From a virus (Duplodnaviria; Caudoviricetes): a stretch of 50,106 bases of DNA. Below are positions 31,869 through 41,816 of this stretch, in pieces. How positions within the stretch are numbered: position 1 is the stretch's first letter; each line of letters begins with the position of its first letter. Position numbers and translations under genes: made by a program. The stretch covers positions 1 to 50,106 of the IMG/VR virus record IMGVR_UViG_3300005860_000041; one strand, 5' to 3'. The notes below the pieces were generated by a model. The model did not search any database, was not told the DNA's origin, and was given only the letters and a program-made list of their open reading frames with translations.

Positions 31869-34586
31869 TTACACCCTTGCACCTCCTGCACCTGTTTGCC
31901 TTATTATCCAGTCCGAAATTACTCGGTAAACATCCAGCGGCTCACTTTGCAAGACGTAATTTAAATACCCAGCCAAAGCGTTGTAGGCATTGAACCTGTC
32001 AACTGGGTTAGGACTAAAGCCACCATATATCCTAAGCATGTTAGTGAGAGTTGATGCAAACTGTGTAGCCCTGTCAAATGGATAACCCATTTGTGTGAAA
32101 AGATTTGTCAATTGCGATTGTGCTTGGGTTGGAGTGAGTTGTGATACATTGTATGGAAGTGTATGTTGTGGTGGGTATGATAAGAGTGTTTGTGGCTGGT
32201 ATGCCCTTGTTAGCGACGCCTTAGCCAACTGCACAGGCACGCTTGTTCGTTGTGGTGGTAATACTCCCATTTGTGTTAAGAAGTAATCCCATACAGGACG
32301 ATGCCTCTCATCATACGGCACAGTGTGTGTTAAGTGTGAAATCAAATAGGAGTAAGCATTCCACCTTTGAGCTGGGTCTTCAGAAAACCCACCATATTGT
32401 GAAAGCAACCCAGTTAGCCCTGAGGCTAAGTTAATTGCTTGCTCTGGTGTATAACCTATACCATACAAAATCTGTGCCAATTGAGTGCGTGTTTGTAAGT
32501 ATTGGTCTAATGGCGACATCCCAACTCGTGGTGTTGGAACTGTAGGCTGTATTGGCGTAGGAGTTGGAGTTGTTCGTCTTGGTTGTGTTACAGCTGGTAG
32601 CTGTGTAGCAGGTGGTTGCCCACCACCTTCAATAACACCAACAGGAAAACCAAACTCATTGGTGGGAATAACTTGTGGCGTAGGTGTTGGTTGTTGCCAT
32701 TCTGGTGGAGAAGCAAGCCATGTTTGCACAAGATGCGCAATTTGGTCAGCTACCCTTTCAGTCCCTTGCATGTCTTGTGTCCATGCGCCCCATGCACCCG
32801 GTTCTAAAGTAGAACCTATAAGCCTTCCAATTAAGTCTCGTATTTCATTCTGCACCCATTGCGGAACTTCTTTGCCTACTGTTTCACCGATGATGCTGTA
32901 TATGCCAACCAAAGCATCGTCTGGAGTTCCACCAGTAGTTTGCACACCCCACAAATGCTGGTAAATTGCATCTTTAAGGCGTTGGTATAGCTCCTCTGGG
33001 CGCTGTTGTTGTCCAAATTGCGCACCAACTACAAACGGTTGTGTAGTGCCAGTTTCGGGAATACCAGGCGGAAGTAGTTGTGCACCTTGCATGCCCTCTG
33101 CTGGTATCCATCTTGTTTCGCCATTAGGAAGCCTTACTGAAACACTGCCGTCAGGTAAGAAGAAATAAGTCGTGCCATCTGGAGCTTTGTATGCCCACCC
33201 ATATTCCGGGTCTTCAATCCATTGTCCGCCTTCAGGTAGTGTCAAACCAGGTGGAAGTGTAATCGTGCGCCCATCTGGAGTGCGCACAACATTAGGCACA
33301 ACTGGCTTTGGTGTAGTATCAGGAGTTCTTGATGTTATTGTTGATGGTGGAACTATTTGTGTTCTACCGTCAGGATACTTTATGGCAACACTGCCATCAG
33401 GTAGGAAGAAGTAAGTTGTGCCATCGGGCGCTTTATACGCCTGTCCATATTCTGGGTCTTCTACCCATTGCCCACCAGGAGGCAATGTTACACCAAGTGG
33501 AAGCGTAATCGTGCGCCCATCTGGCGTTTGCACTTGTTGAGGTAGTTTGAATATATCTCCTGCAGTAGCTCGTGGAACTGGCTCTCCAATAAGCGGAGCA
33601 GTGCCATGTGGTGGATATGTCAATACTCTACCATCAGGCGTCCAAACTTCAATCCAGCCATTAGGAGCTGGACGAATTTCATAAGTTTGCCCATTAGGTA
33701 ATGTGTAAGTATACCCGCCAGTGTTCGGATTGTAACCCCAAGTTCCACCTTGGGGCAAAGTGTTGAGAAGGCTTTGTGGCAACTGTATCGGCGGTTGCCC
33801 ATAACCTTGTGGGTATGTTGGTTGTGCTGGTCCTGCACCTCCACCACCGCGTGACACTTCTTCAAAACCGAACGGTCCACCACCACGCGGTGGTTGCATC
33901 CCAGTCAGTGGTTGTCCGCCACTTGGCAGTTGAACTCCATATGGCGGTTGAACTCCCGTAGGTGGTTGTCCACCTGTCATTCCACCAAAAACCCTACTAA
34001 GAATGTCGCTATACATAGACATCATTTGCCTTGTAATTTCTCCGACTACGTCCCCTAACTGCTGTCCATACCCTGCCATTCCAAGTGCACTAAGAAGTTG
34101 TGGCAATAATGATGCAATATCTTGTCCTTGTTGCCCAAGCTTACTCCAATCAACCTGCGGTGGTGCAAAACGTGGTCCTGATAAGGCAGGTATCATTGGA
34201 ACTTCTGTAACACCAGTCAATGGAAGTTGTCCTGTGAACGGAGCTGGTTGTGCTTGTATCCATCTCGGTCCTTGGTAAGTTGGTGGAATAAGCTGTGGCA
34301 TGAACTGTTGTGGCTCTGTTAATGCAGGCAAATTAGGTATCGTTGGAGGTGCAACAATTGGCATTTGTAAATTAGGTTGTTGTGGTGTTGGTGCTTGTTC
34401 TGTTTGTTCTGCCTGTCCTGTTTGTCCTGGTCGCTGTTGTTGCAATTGAAGCAACACATTCACGGGCAACTGTAATGGCAATGCAATAGGAAATTGTGAT
34501 TGCACTTGTGACGGCAATTGAAATTGCAGTTGCCCCAAAAGCTTTGTAAGTTGGTCTTGTGTATTTTGAGTAGTTGCTTCAGGCAT
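31869..34586 (-). CDS. Pro/Gln/Gly/Thr-rich putative virion protein with internal repeats
   Basis: 82-aa-period repeat TPDGRTITLP...YFFLPDGSV twice; C-terminal pair YGGFS..P..R.NAY. Confidence 0.8.
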   Translation of the reverse strand: MPEATTQNTQDQLTKLLGQLQFQLPSQVQSQFPIALPLQLPVNVLLQLQQQRPGQTGQAEQTEQAPTPQQPNLQMPIVAPPTIPNLPALTEPQQFMPQLIPPTYQGPRWIQAQPAPFTGQLPLTGVTEVPMIPALSGPRFAPPQVDWSKLGQQGQDIASLLPQLLSALGMAGYGQQLGDVVGEITRQMMSMYSDILSRVFGGMTGGQPPTGVQPPYGVQLPSGGQPLTGMQPPRGGGPFGFEEVSRGGGGAGPAQPTYPQGYGQPPIQLPQSLLNTLPQGGTWGYNPNTGGYTYTLPNGQTYEIRPAPNGWIEVWTPDGRVLTYPPHGTAPLIGEPVPRATAGDIFKLPQQVQTPDGRTITLPLGVTLPPGGQWVEDPEYGQAYKAPDGTTYFFLPDGSVAIKYPDGRTQIVPPSTITSRTPDTTPKPVVPNVVRTPDGRTITLPPGLTLPEGGQWIEDPEYGWAYKAPDGTTYFFLPDGSVSVRLPNGETRWIPAEGMQGAQLLPPGIPETGTTQPFVVGAQFGQQQRPEELYQRLKDAIYQHLWGVQTTGGTPDDALVGIYSIIGETVGKEVPQWVQNEIRDLIGRLIGSTLEPGAWGAWTQDMQGTERVADQIAHLVQTWLASPPEWQQPTPTPQVIPTNEFGFPVGVIEGGGQPPATQLPAVTQPRRTTPTPTPIQPTVPTPRVGMSPLDQYLQTRTQLAQILYGIGYTPEQAINLASGLTGLLSQYGGFSEDPAQRWNAYSYLISHLTHTVPYDERHRPVWDYFLTQMGVLPPQRTSVPVQLAKASLTRAYQPQTLLSYPPQHTLPYNVSQLTPTQAQSQLTNLFTQMGYPFDRATQFASTLTNMLRIYGGFSPNPVDRFNAYNALAGYLNYVLQSEPLDVYRVISDWIIRQTGAGGARV

Positions 34587-34597
34587 TTAAAATCACC

Positions 34598-36385
34598 TCA
34601 CCTTATAGTTCTCGGTTTATAGTGTAACACGAGCGAGAATAACTCGCTATTTGAGACATTTTCGCCTTCAAGTGTGAACCTAAACCACCTCGCTGTAATG
34701 TCAACATCAACCTCCATCTTGTCTGGCGATACTTGGAACTCCTTTGTGACATAGCCTGCATCTGGATGCTCAACTGCATAGTCAATCACGAGCCTCAGCG
34801 GTCTATCACATTTTACATTACCATGAAATGCAACACGCATCAAACGCTTGTATGCAGTTGTGCCAAAGTGCCACCAACGCGATTGATACCGTATCCTATG
34901 GACCTGTCCATACTTTAGACGATACAAAGTTGGTGCAGGAACTTCGTCTGGGTTAACTTGCTTCATGTTCGCTACCCTATAAAGCCCATGATTGTCAATC
35001 ACAACCAAATCATGTTCAAGTGTTGGCACAGTAACACCGCCATAGAGCAAGCCATCACTTGGAAGCTCAAATGATGTGAGTTGTGGTTGTTGTGATGCCA
35101 TGTGAAATGCATAAAGCCTGTCTTTCTCTTCATATGGCAAATCAAGATGCACAAATAAGAAGCGTGGGTTCGTTGCACACCAGTGCGCTGGTGGATATTG
35201 CGGATTTGTATCAAGCTCGTTTGGTGACACTGGATGACGGTTTATTTCCATGTGCTGAATGATTGGGTTGAGCGCCTGTGAGAACGGTTGTGCAGAGCGC
35301 CCTGCAATTATGTAAATCCCTTCTTGGCACAACACAAACACTGTGTCCTCGTAAGATGCTACAGTCTTGATGCTTATCGGTGTTATGCCAGATGCAAGGA
35401 GTTGCGGAATGAACACATATGGCTCTTCAGCACTATCAAGCACATAGATGCCATCTGAAACAAGCACATAGAGCTGTGACCGTGATTGATAGAAGCCAAT
35501 GACCATGCCTTGAGTGTGTGGCAACATAAAACCTACATCGGCGCTATCCCATGACGCCGAGCCAAGCCTTGAGAACCATAGCCAGTTAAAATTTTCACCT
35601 TGCTTGACTTCAAGCATGCGCATACGTGAATACATATAGCGCAGTGTCGCCACAAAAGTTTCGGAAAACCTGTAAGGAAAGTAAAAAGGCGGTTGACCAG
35701 TATACGAAGCCTCATGCGCTAAATGATAACCCTTACCATCAATCCATCCACCAAATATACCAGAAAAGTCGTGCCATTCCATTGGATTTACCGGACTGCT
35801 ATCAAGCACAGTTGCCGACGACACAAATTGAATTGTTGGATAGATGACACGCGCTGACGGTATTGGGCACATTGGCGGAAAAGAGTAAACTCTGTTACCT
35901 ATGACATACACCCAAGGTGCTTCAAAATACCCCTCAGCACTATTGGCACATAGCCTCTGTGATACTCCTACATCGGAAATGAAGTAGTTGTAAAGGTTGA
36001 ACTTGCTACGGTATGCACCAATGTATTGCCCTGTGTTTGGGTCGTATGTAATGCCATCGCCAAACCTTGATGGTAATGGCACGACCATGAACGCAATTGC
36101 TTCTTTCCCAACGTGCGACTTTTCATTGTTATCATATGCTCGTGGCATGTAGCAAATCACATTGCCAATGACATTGAGCAAGTAAGCTGGTTGCTCTGGT
36201 GGGTTGCTTAAGTTCACAGTAGGCTTGTGTAGGTCACCAACCTTAACCCATCCCCACTGTGACTTCAAATGAGGCATAGGAACAAGGTTGACAAGGTCTG
36301 CGGGGTTTGATGGTGGCACACCAAGGTTGGGTAGGTTGTAATCCATGCCATATGTTAGTTGATGTGCTTCTATTTGCCATCTCAT
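34598..36385 (-). CDS. Tail nozzle / packaged-DNA stabilisation protein (P22 gp10/T7 gp12-like)
   Basis: Beta-propeller-like pattern (LWFSRLG..SW, LYVL..DGIY, VFVLCQEGIY), C-terminal ARWFRFTL; follows the adaptor gene. Confidence 0.7.
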   Translation of the reverse strand: MRWQIEAHQLTYGMDYNLPNLGVPPSNPADLVNLVPMPHLKSQWGWVKVGDLHKPTVNLSNPPEQPAYLLNVIGNVICYMPRAYDNNEKSHVGKEAIAFMVVPLPSRFGDGITYDPNTGQYIGAYRSKFNLYNYFISDVGVSQRLCANSAEGYFEAPWVYVIGNRVYSFPPMCPIPSARVIYPTIQFVSSATVLDSSPVNPMEWHDFSGIFGGWIDGKGYHLAHEASYTGQPPFYFPYRFSETFVATLRYMYSRMRMLEVKQGENFNWLWFSRLGSASWDSADVGFMLPHTQGMVIGFYQSRSQLYVLVSDGIYVLDSAEEPYVFIPQLLASGITPISIKTVASYEDTVFVLCQEGIYIIAGRSAQPFSQALNPIIQHMEINRHPVSPNELDTNPQYPPAHWCATNPRFLFVHLDLPYEEKDRLYAFHMASQQPQLTSFELPSDGLLYGGVTVPTLEHDLVVIDNHGLYRVANMKQVNPDEVPAPTLYRLKYGQVHRIRYQSRWWHFGTTAYKRLMRVAFHGNVKCDRPLRLVIDYAVEHPDAGYVTKEFQVSPDKMEVDVDITARWFRFTLEGENVSNSELFSLVLHYKPRTIR

Positions 36386-36397
36386 TTTATCCCCACC

Positions 36398-37090
36398 TTA
36401 TTCAAAAGTGACTTTCCAACGCTCAAGTGCACTTAACGACGGTTGTGGTGGCAATGGCTCAATGTATGCAGGTTGTGACACTCTAAGCATCTTGTCATGC
36501 CTAATTGCTTCATTCAGCTTGAGCGTCGCCTTTTGTTCCCATACCATTGCCTCTTGTGTTTCACCAAGTTGAAAGAGCACTTGAGCTGTGATGAATTCAA
36601 CAACCATGTCTGGATAGCTCTGTATGAGCGCATTGGTGTCTTGAAGCGATGTAAACTCAGGAAGCCACTTGTAGTAGTGCAAGAAGATGTCATAAACCTT
36701 GTCAGGCGTCGGCACAAGCTCAATATGGTCTGCCCTCAGAAGGAAACCTCGTGGTCGCCCTGGTTCTTTCTGGAATGATGGAGACGTTCGTGAAAGATAA
36801 AATTCATCACTCACATAGCTTGCAATAACGATGGGTGACTGTGGCTCTTCAATTGGATAGGTGATGTAGAGTAAGCGCTTGCAACCTGTAGGCAATGGCA
36901 AAATCTTAGTTGGATTACCTTGAGCATCTTGTGTCTTTGTCGCCTCAACAGTGTATTCAAAGCTCCAGTCAAACATACGCTCAATGCGCCTCATTACTGC
37001 ATTGGCTATAAAGAGTAAACTGTCTTCAACTTGTGGTGCTTCAAAGCTTATGTTGCGCTTGACTTGCTCTAAACATTCGCCAATTGTCAT
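36398..37090 (-). CDS. Head-tail adaptor protein
   Basis: PGRP..F....IELVPTPDKVY.I...YY, DTNAL...YPD pattern; position in module. Confidence 0.7.
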   Translation of the reverse strand: MTIGECLEQVKRNISFEAPQVEDSLLFIANAVMRRIERMFDWSFEYTVEATKTQDAQGNPTKILPLPTGCKRLLYITYPIEEPQSPIVIASYVSDEFYLSRTSPSFQKEPGRPRGFLLRADHIELVPTPDKVYDIFLHYYKWLPEFTSLQDTNALIQSYPDMVVEFITAQVLFQLGETQEAMVWEQKATLKLNEAIRHDKMLRVSQPAYIEPLPPQPSLSALERWKVTFE

Positions 37091-37467
37091 ACTTTAGCCC
37101 TCCTTTTCTTGCCTTCCTTTTGCTTACGCAGTAGCTCAATCGCCTTCTTTACAATTTCTTGGTGTATGCCCTCCTCTTCAATTAGCGAAAGGATAGTTTC
37201 TTCCAGCTCCTCTGGCGTGATAACCACACCAAACGCTTGCATGCTCTCTTGCGCATTGAGAGTGCAAATTAGTTTGTAATCTTCGTCGCTGATTAGGTCA
37301 AGTAGCCTATAAAGTAATGGCGCATCTATTGGCGAAATAATTTCTACAACCTTTTCCTTGGGTATCTCTTCGCCATTTTCAGCATACACTTTACCATCTT
37401 GGTAATACAGCATCGGTGTGTCCACACTTTTGAACATCATAAAAGGTTTAGTTGTGTCAAGCGCCAT
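37087..37467 (-). CDS. Hypothetical protein
   Basis: RBS GAGGTGG; motif YYQDGKVYAENGEEI. Confidence 0.75.
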   Translation of the reverse strand: MALDTTKPFMMFKSVDTPMLYYQDGKVYAENGEEIPKEKVVEIISPIDAPLLYRLLDLISDEDYKLICTLNAQESMQAFGVVITPEELEETILSLIEEEGIHQEIVKKAIELLRKQKEGKKRRAKV

Positions 37468-37469
37468 TT

Positions 37470-37688
37470 TTACCACCTCGTTCTTAGGATATGTGTGAGC
37501 TTGTGCTTCTTTGCAAGCTCCTCAGCCTTCTTACGCCAGTGTGAATGCACTTGAAGCATCTTGATGATTAGCTCTACATCATAAATCTCACTACCATCTG
37601 GATAGAAAAATCTGCCTCGTTGGTGGTAAATCCTACCAAATGGACGCGTCGTAATAATCTCATGCGGTTCTTTCCATTGTAGTGGCAT
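37470..37688 (-). CDS. Hypothetical protein related to its downstream neighbour
   Basis: Motif YHQRGRFFYPDGSEI; RBS GAGGTGG. Confidence 0.7.
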   Translation of the reverse strand: MPLQWKEPHEIITTRPFGRIYHQRGRFFYPDGSEIYDVELIIKMLQVHSHWRKKAEELAKKHKLTHILRTRW

Positions 37689-37711
37689 GATTTACCACCT
37701 CACATATACAA

Positions 37712-37753
37712 AGAGTGCCAGCCACGCCACTTATGGCGTTAGGCTGGCACTCT
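37712..37753 (-). terminator. Hairpin (terminator/attenuator) after the capsid and decoration genes
   Basis: AGAGTGCCAGCC/GGCTGGCACTCT plus inner ACGCCA/TGGCGT. Confidence 0.65.
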
Positions 37754-37775
37754 ATTTTCAAGCATCAGTAGTTAG

Positions 37776-38153
37776 TTATTTCCAGCCAGCCCACCCGTAG
37801 TCGCCTGTGAGCTGCTCTGGGTCAAAGTGGTCACGCCACCAGAGCCAACAGGTGACAGTGGGACCACCAGTTGTGCCACTGCCTTGAATTGTAAGCCTTT
37901 GCCCTGCCTTTACAACAACATTAAGGTTGGTGGCGAAAACACCATTGGCAGGGACATTGACAGTGGCAACTGTAGTCCCGTCAACCTGTATGACAATGCT
38001 GGCGTCCGCAGAGCCCGCAGTAGCAGCCACAGACTGTATACCCTTCAAAACGATGGGAGCTGGCATTACAGCATCAACAACTTTTGCCGTGCTTGCTGTG
38101 TTCACATTGAGATAGATAGTCTTGTGCACTTTATGTTGTTCGCTGTATGGCAT
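37776..38153 (-). CDS. Putative capsid decoration/cement protein
   Basis: 125-aa beta-rich ORF directly after the major capsid gene. Confidence 0.6.
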   Translation of the reverse strand: MPYSEQHKVHKTIYLNVNTASTAKVVDAVMPAPIVLKGIQSVAATAGSADASIVIQVDGTTVATVNVPANGVFATNLNVVVKAGQRLTIQGSGTTGGPTVTCWLWWRDHFDPEQLTGDYGWAGWK

Positions 38154-38173
38154 TACTTATCACCCCCTGTTGA

Positions 38174-39133
38174 TTATGCAGAGCCAACATGGATTACACG
38201 GCACTCACCAGGTTTGTTGCTATCCCAAGTGAGCGCCCAACCACCCATGTAAATCCAGCCAATGACCGTTTGACGACCTAAGTCACGCGTCTCTGACCTG
38301 ATTTCCTCAGGCAGAGCAACGCCTTCAACTAATGGGTCGTCCGCAAAGAATAAAGCCTCGCCAAGCACACCATTTTGCCCAACGGCGTTGTTCAAAGCGT
38401 CTGGGTTGTTGCAGTGCACAAACCTTGTGTTGTAAAGCAAGCCAATCTCATACCTGAACAGACGCTCTGGGTCACCATAGTGGGCAGCTTGCACGAAGTT
38501 ACTGTCGTCAATGATGCCTCGGCGTGCTTTGGTCGTCAGGACACAGACATAGTTCTCACCGTCATAGCCTGGCACATGCAAGTAACCTTGTAAGTAATCA
38601 ACGATGTCCTTGACATGTGCCGTCGTCAAGTTGCTCGTAGCTACGACGGGATTGCCATTGCTGTCCTTGAACTCACCGTTGGTAAGGAACACACCGCCAG
38701 TTGGTGATGTCGGAACATACTTTATCTTTGTCTTCTTGGCAACTGCAGCAATCTCCTTGTCCATCGTAGCCACAATATCGTCACGCAAAGCGTCAACGAT
38801 GTGTGGCTGGATGTCAATCTCAGCTAAGGTTGTCAACCTGAGTGTGCAGGCTGCTGCGTTGCCATACTCATCCACAAGCAAGGTTCCGTAGTCAATCGTG
38901 AACCCTGTCACTGGGATGAGTTCGGTTTCAGCCAGCCTGCGCCCTGACCCAGCCAGACCACTACGGCGTGGGAAACGAATTTCATCGCCCTTATTTTTGC
39001 CGTAGCCCTGAACTGGGCGGACAAATTGACGAAAGACAAATCGTGGTAGTGCTGCCTTGCGAACTTCAGCAGTTAATGATGGCAAGGCGAGCACTCCACC
39101 AAGTCTTGGCACACCGTAAACTTGCGCTGGCAT
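38174..39133 (-). CDS. Major capsid protein (HK97 fold, N4-gp56-like family)
   Basis: FRQFV....GKNKGDEI.FP, EYGNA, YVCVL, EIG..YNTRFV, DLGR...IGW; follows the scaffold gene. Confidence 0.85.
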   Translation of the reverse strand: MPAQVYGVPRLGGVLALPSLTAEVRKAALPRFVFRQFVRPVQGYGKNKGDEIRFPRRSGLAGSGRRLAETELIPVTGFTIDYGTLLVDEYGNAAACTLRLTTLAEIDIQPHIVDALRDDIVATMDKEIAAVAKKTKIKYVPTSPTGGVFLTNGEFKDSNGNPVVATSNLTTAHVKDIVDYLQGYLHVPGYDGENYVCVLTTKARRGIIDDSNFVQAAHYGDPERLFRYEIGLLYNTRFVHCNNPDALNNAVGQNGVLGEALFFADDPLVEGVALPEEIRSETRDLGRQTVIGWIYMGGWALTWDSNKPGECRVIHVGSA

Positions 39134-39218
39134 GCTCTATCACCCCTGCGTTATGCAGGAATTTCTTGGAGCACTCACCTCGCCATTGTCACACAACGAT
39201 GTGCTACCAGTGCGCCAA

Positions 39219-39998
39219 TCAGCGACGACGCGATGGCGTCACTGGAGGCGGAGGTGAACTCCTTTTTTGTCTGACTACCTTCTCAAGTTCTTCAACAAAT
39301 TGTCTGTTAAGGTTCTCCATCATCGCCTCCACAAACTCGGGTGAAGGCGTTGATGGTTGTGTCACAGCTGACGATGTTATTCCAGATTGAGCAGGCAAGC
39401 CTGCAGGTTGAAGCCTACTACGAGCTTCAACTCTGCCACCTGCCTTCTCCGCAATCTCCCTAATCATGCGCCGTGCTTCTTCAGCAACAGCTTGAAAGTA
39501 TTCTTGTGCATTCGTCCACGTTTTCTGCGGATACACTTTTTGTGCAGCAGCTTGCACAATCGTCTCAAAGCCAACAAGGTCTGGATAGGTAGCATAAAAC
39601 TGTTGTGCAAGCTGTTGCAACTGTAACTGTTGTCGCCATGCATTTAGCTCTGCCACTGTTCTATATACCATACCCAAGGTCTGTTGTAACTGATTTTGAA
39701 CCACTTGTGTGTATGCCTTCACGAACTCCTTTGGGTTCTCATGAAGGAGCTCGCTTAACTGCTCATACACACTTTCATCAATGCTTTGCTGTGGCTGTTG
39801 TGCCACAGGTGGTGTTGATTGAAATTGATAGTATGGTTGTTGCACCTGTGACTGTGATGGTTGCTGTTGCACACTTTGCAACAGCTGTCTTTGCCACTCA
39901 TTTAGTTGTTGCTGTATTTGCTCCAACTTCTCAGTCACCTCATTTTGTTGCTCTGGTTGTTCTGCTTCACGCTCTTCTTCATCGTCATACCAAGCCAT
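39219..39998 (-). CDS. Capsid scaffolding protein
   Basis: Acidic N-terminus, Q/E-rich coiled coil, FYATYPDL; directly upstream of the capsid gene. Confidence 0.7.
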   Translation of the reverse strand: MAWYDDEEEREAEQPEQQNEVTEKLEQIQQQLNEWQRQLLQSVQQQPSQSQVQQPYYQFQSTPPVAQQPQQSIDESVYEQLSELLHENPKEFVKAYTQVVQNQLQQTLGMVYRTVAELNAWRQQLQLQQLAQQFYATYPDLVGFETIVQAAAQKVYPQKTWTNAQEYFQAVAEEARRMIREIAEKAGGRVEARSRLQPAGLPAQSGITSSAVTQPSTPSPEFVEAMMENLNRQFVEELEKVVRQKRSSPPPPVTPSRRR

Positions 39999-40001
39999 GC
40001 T

Positions 40002-40223
40002 TTACACCTCCGATTTGAGAATTAACGCCAACGTTTGATGATACGACACAAGCGTCTCAAGTGCAATGCGCACTTCTTTTTCATCACGCTTACCAGAAAG
40101 CCAGTCATGAATATATTGTAACGCAACTCTCTTGAAATGGTCAAATAACCACGATGGTAGTGTCTCTTTCAGAAACTGATACTTTTGTTCATCAAACAGC
40201 GCCTCAATTAGATTGTTGCTCAT
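40002..40223 (-). CDS. Small head-module protein
   Basis: 73-aa helical ORF between portal region and scaffold; RBS AGGTGA. Confidence 0.65.
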   Translation of the reverse strand: MSNNLIEALFDEQKYQFLKETLPSWLFDHFKRVALQYIHDWLSGKRDEKEVRIALETLVSYHQTLALILKSEV

Positions 40224-40980
40224 CCTTATCACCTATCACATGTGCATACCCGACTTTGTGTAGCCACTTCCTTATGCGCTGGAACGGAATTGCAAAGTTG
40301 ATGTTACTTGCTTGTGCATCACCAAGTGTAATCATACCCACATAATAGAATTTACCATCACGCTGAACATAAATTCCACCGCCAGACGACCCAGGCACTG
40401 CAACAGTTGTCGTTTGAATGAATGGCTTTGACTTGTAAATGCGCCCAACTGCACTGATATGACCTGCAGTCAATGATGCCGTCAGTTCACCACGTAAATT
40501 GCCCACATGCCAGACTTGCTCTCCAAGTTGAAGTTGCAAGTCTGGTGGCGCAAATTGCGCACTAACCGCTTCAAATGGCATAGCATACACTTCAAGCAAC
40601 GCAAGGTCTTCGTCTTCAAACTTGCTATAGGCAACAACTTTAGCACGAAGCCTTACTGTGCCAACCTCAGTCTCAATGTCATCAACAATTGCTGTTACTT
40701 TTTGCACAATGTATGCATCTTCCCATTTCTCCTTTACAATCTCCTTTCCTTCAGGGTTGACTTCCTTTTGCTCAGAACGCAAGTCTTCAACACAATGCCC
40801 CGCAGTCAAGAAATACCATTTGCCATCCTTAGGTGACTTGAACAATGTGCCAGTGCCACGCGCTAATGTGCTCTCAAGTGACCACGTGCACTTTACAAGC
40901 TCATCAAGCGTGTTTGCATATGCCACAACCATAGCAATCACCATCCCTACAACGAAAGATAACACGACTTTATAACGCAT
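40204..40980 (-). CDS. Trypsin-like (S1) serine protease with N-terminal signal peptide
   Basis: Catalytic triad LTAGHC, DLALL, PGSSGGG; MRYK + hydrophobic stretch + AYA. Confidence 0.9.
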   Translation of the reverse strand: MRYKVVLSFVVGMVIAMVVAYANTLDELVKCTWSLESTLARGTGTLFKSPKDGKWYFLTAGHCVEDLRSEQKEVNPEGKEIVKEKWEDAYIVQKVTAIVDDIETEVGTVRLRAKVVAYSKFEDEDLALLEVYAMPFEAVSAQFAPPDLQLQLGEQVWHVGNLRGELTASLTAGHISAVGRIYKSKPFIQTTTVAVPGSSGGGIYVQRDGKFYYVGMITLGDAQASNINFAIPFQRIRKWLHKVGYAHVIGDKDEQQSN

Positions 40981-40996
40981 CACAATCACCCCCCTA

Positions 40997-41230
40997 TTAG
41001 GATGTTATGCGCGCAGTTATGCGCGTTGCTCGTCTAAACCCCTTTAGTTTAGGTAACCTTGTGCGTCCTCTCTTTTTAGTAGATAGGCGCACACCTCTAA
41101 TTGATGACTTTAACTTTGGCATACGTATTTTCTTTAGACGTGGCTTTTTTGGCTTGCGTGGCTTGCGTGCACGCGCCAACTTGGGCACTGCTAAGCCACG
41201 AGCAAGTAGCCTTGATGTGAGTGTCGGCAT
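40997..41230 (-). CDS. Arg/Lys-rich protamine-like protein
   Basis: 77 aa with no Asp or Glu; RBS GGTGA; in operon. Confidence 0.7.
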   Translation of the reverse strand: MPTLTSRLLARGLAVPKLARARKPRKPKKPRLKKIRMPKLKSSIRGVRLSTKKRGRTRLPKLKGFRRATRITARITS

Positions 41231-41236
41231 ATTTTA

Positions 41237-41554
41237 TCACCGCCTTCTTGTCCTTCTTGTTGTCCTTCTTGTTGTCCTTCTTCGTGTAGTAGCTTTCTTT
41301 CCCCTTCCTTCTGTAGTTTGTCTTCGTCTTGCACGCCTTGTTTTTGTTGCTGCATTTCTTTTTGTCGTCCTTGCACGCTTTGTAGCTCTACTACGCCTGC
41401 GCGCTGGCTCTCCAGCTTCTTCTGGTATTGCTGGTGGAAACATACCCGTAGGCACAATGCCACCAAGTATGTCTAACGGCAAACCACCAGATATGCTCAT
41501 AGGTGGTATTGGTGGCGTCGGTGGCACTTGTGTTTGCTTTCGTCGCGGTGGCAT
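41237..41554 (-). CDS. Pro-rich N-terminus plus Arg/Thr-rich protamine-like C-terminus
   Basis: RRTTRRTTRRTRRR tail; RBS AGGAGGTGA. Confidence 0.75.
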   Translation of the reverse strand: MPPRRKQTQVPPTPPIPPMSISGGLPLDILGGIVPTGMFPPAIPEEAGEPARRRSRATKRARTTKRNAATKTRRARRRQTTEGRGKKATTRRRTTRRTTRRTRRR

Positions 41555-41560
41555 TACAGT

Positions 41561-41815
41561 TCACCTCCTCTTACGCTTTTTGGACGCATTCTTTGCACGC
41601 TTCCTTGCACCTGCTCTGCCTAAACCATGCTTACCATATGCAATAGCAGCTGCAATCTTGCGTGCGTGTTCCAAATTACGAGGGCGATATGTTGCACGCG
41701 AGGTTGTCATTTTACCAGTCCTTTTATATTCACGAATGAGCTTTTGGATTTCCTTCGATGCCAGTGTAGCTTTTCTTTTTGCGCTACCTTCACGCCTTTT
41801 TGTCTTGCGAGGCAT
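41561..41815 (-). CDS. Small basic protein (DUF6496-like)
   Basis: IQKLIREYKRTGK...ARKIAAAIAY; RBS AAGGTGA before MPRK. Confidence 0.75.
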   Translation of the reverse strand: MPRKTKRREGSAKRKATLASKEIQKLIREYKRTGKMTTSRATYRPRNLEHARKIAAAIAYGKHGLGRAGARKRAKNASKKRKRR

Positions 41816-41816
41816 T

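Noticed and set aside
12739-31890. Gly-Gly near the C-termini of several virion proteins as a ubiquitin-like or cleavage signal
   Set aside because: In most cases the GG codons are the overlapping RBS (GGGGGTGA, GGAGGTG, GGTGG) of the next gene.
39134-39218. Structured RNA leader upstream of the capsid gene
   Set aside because: Only short imperfect pairings; no recognisable riboswitch or tRNA.
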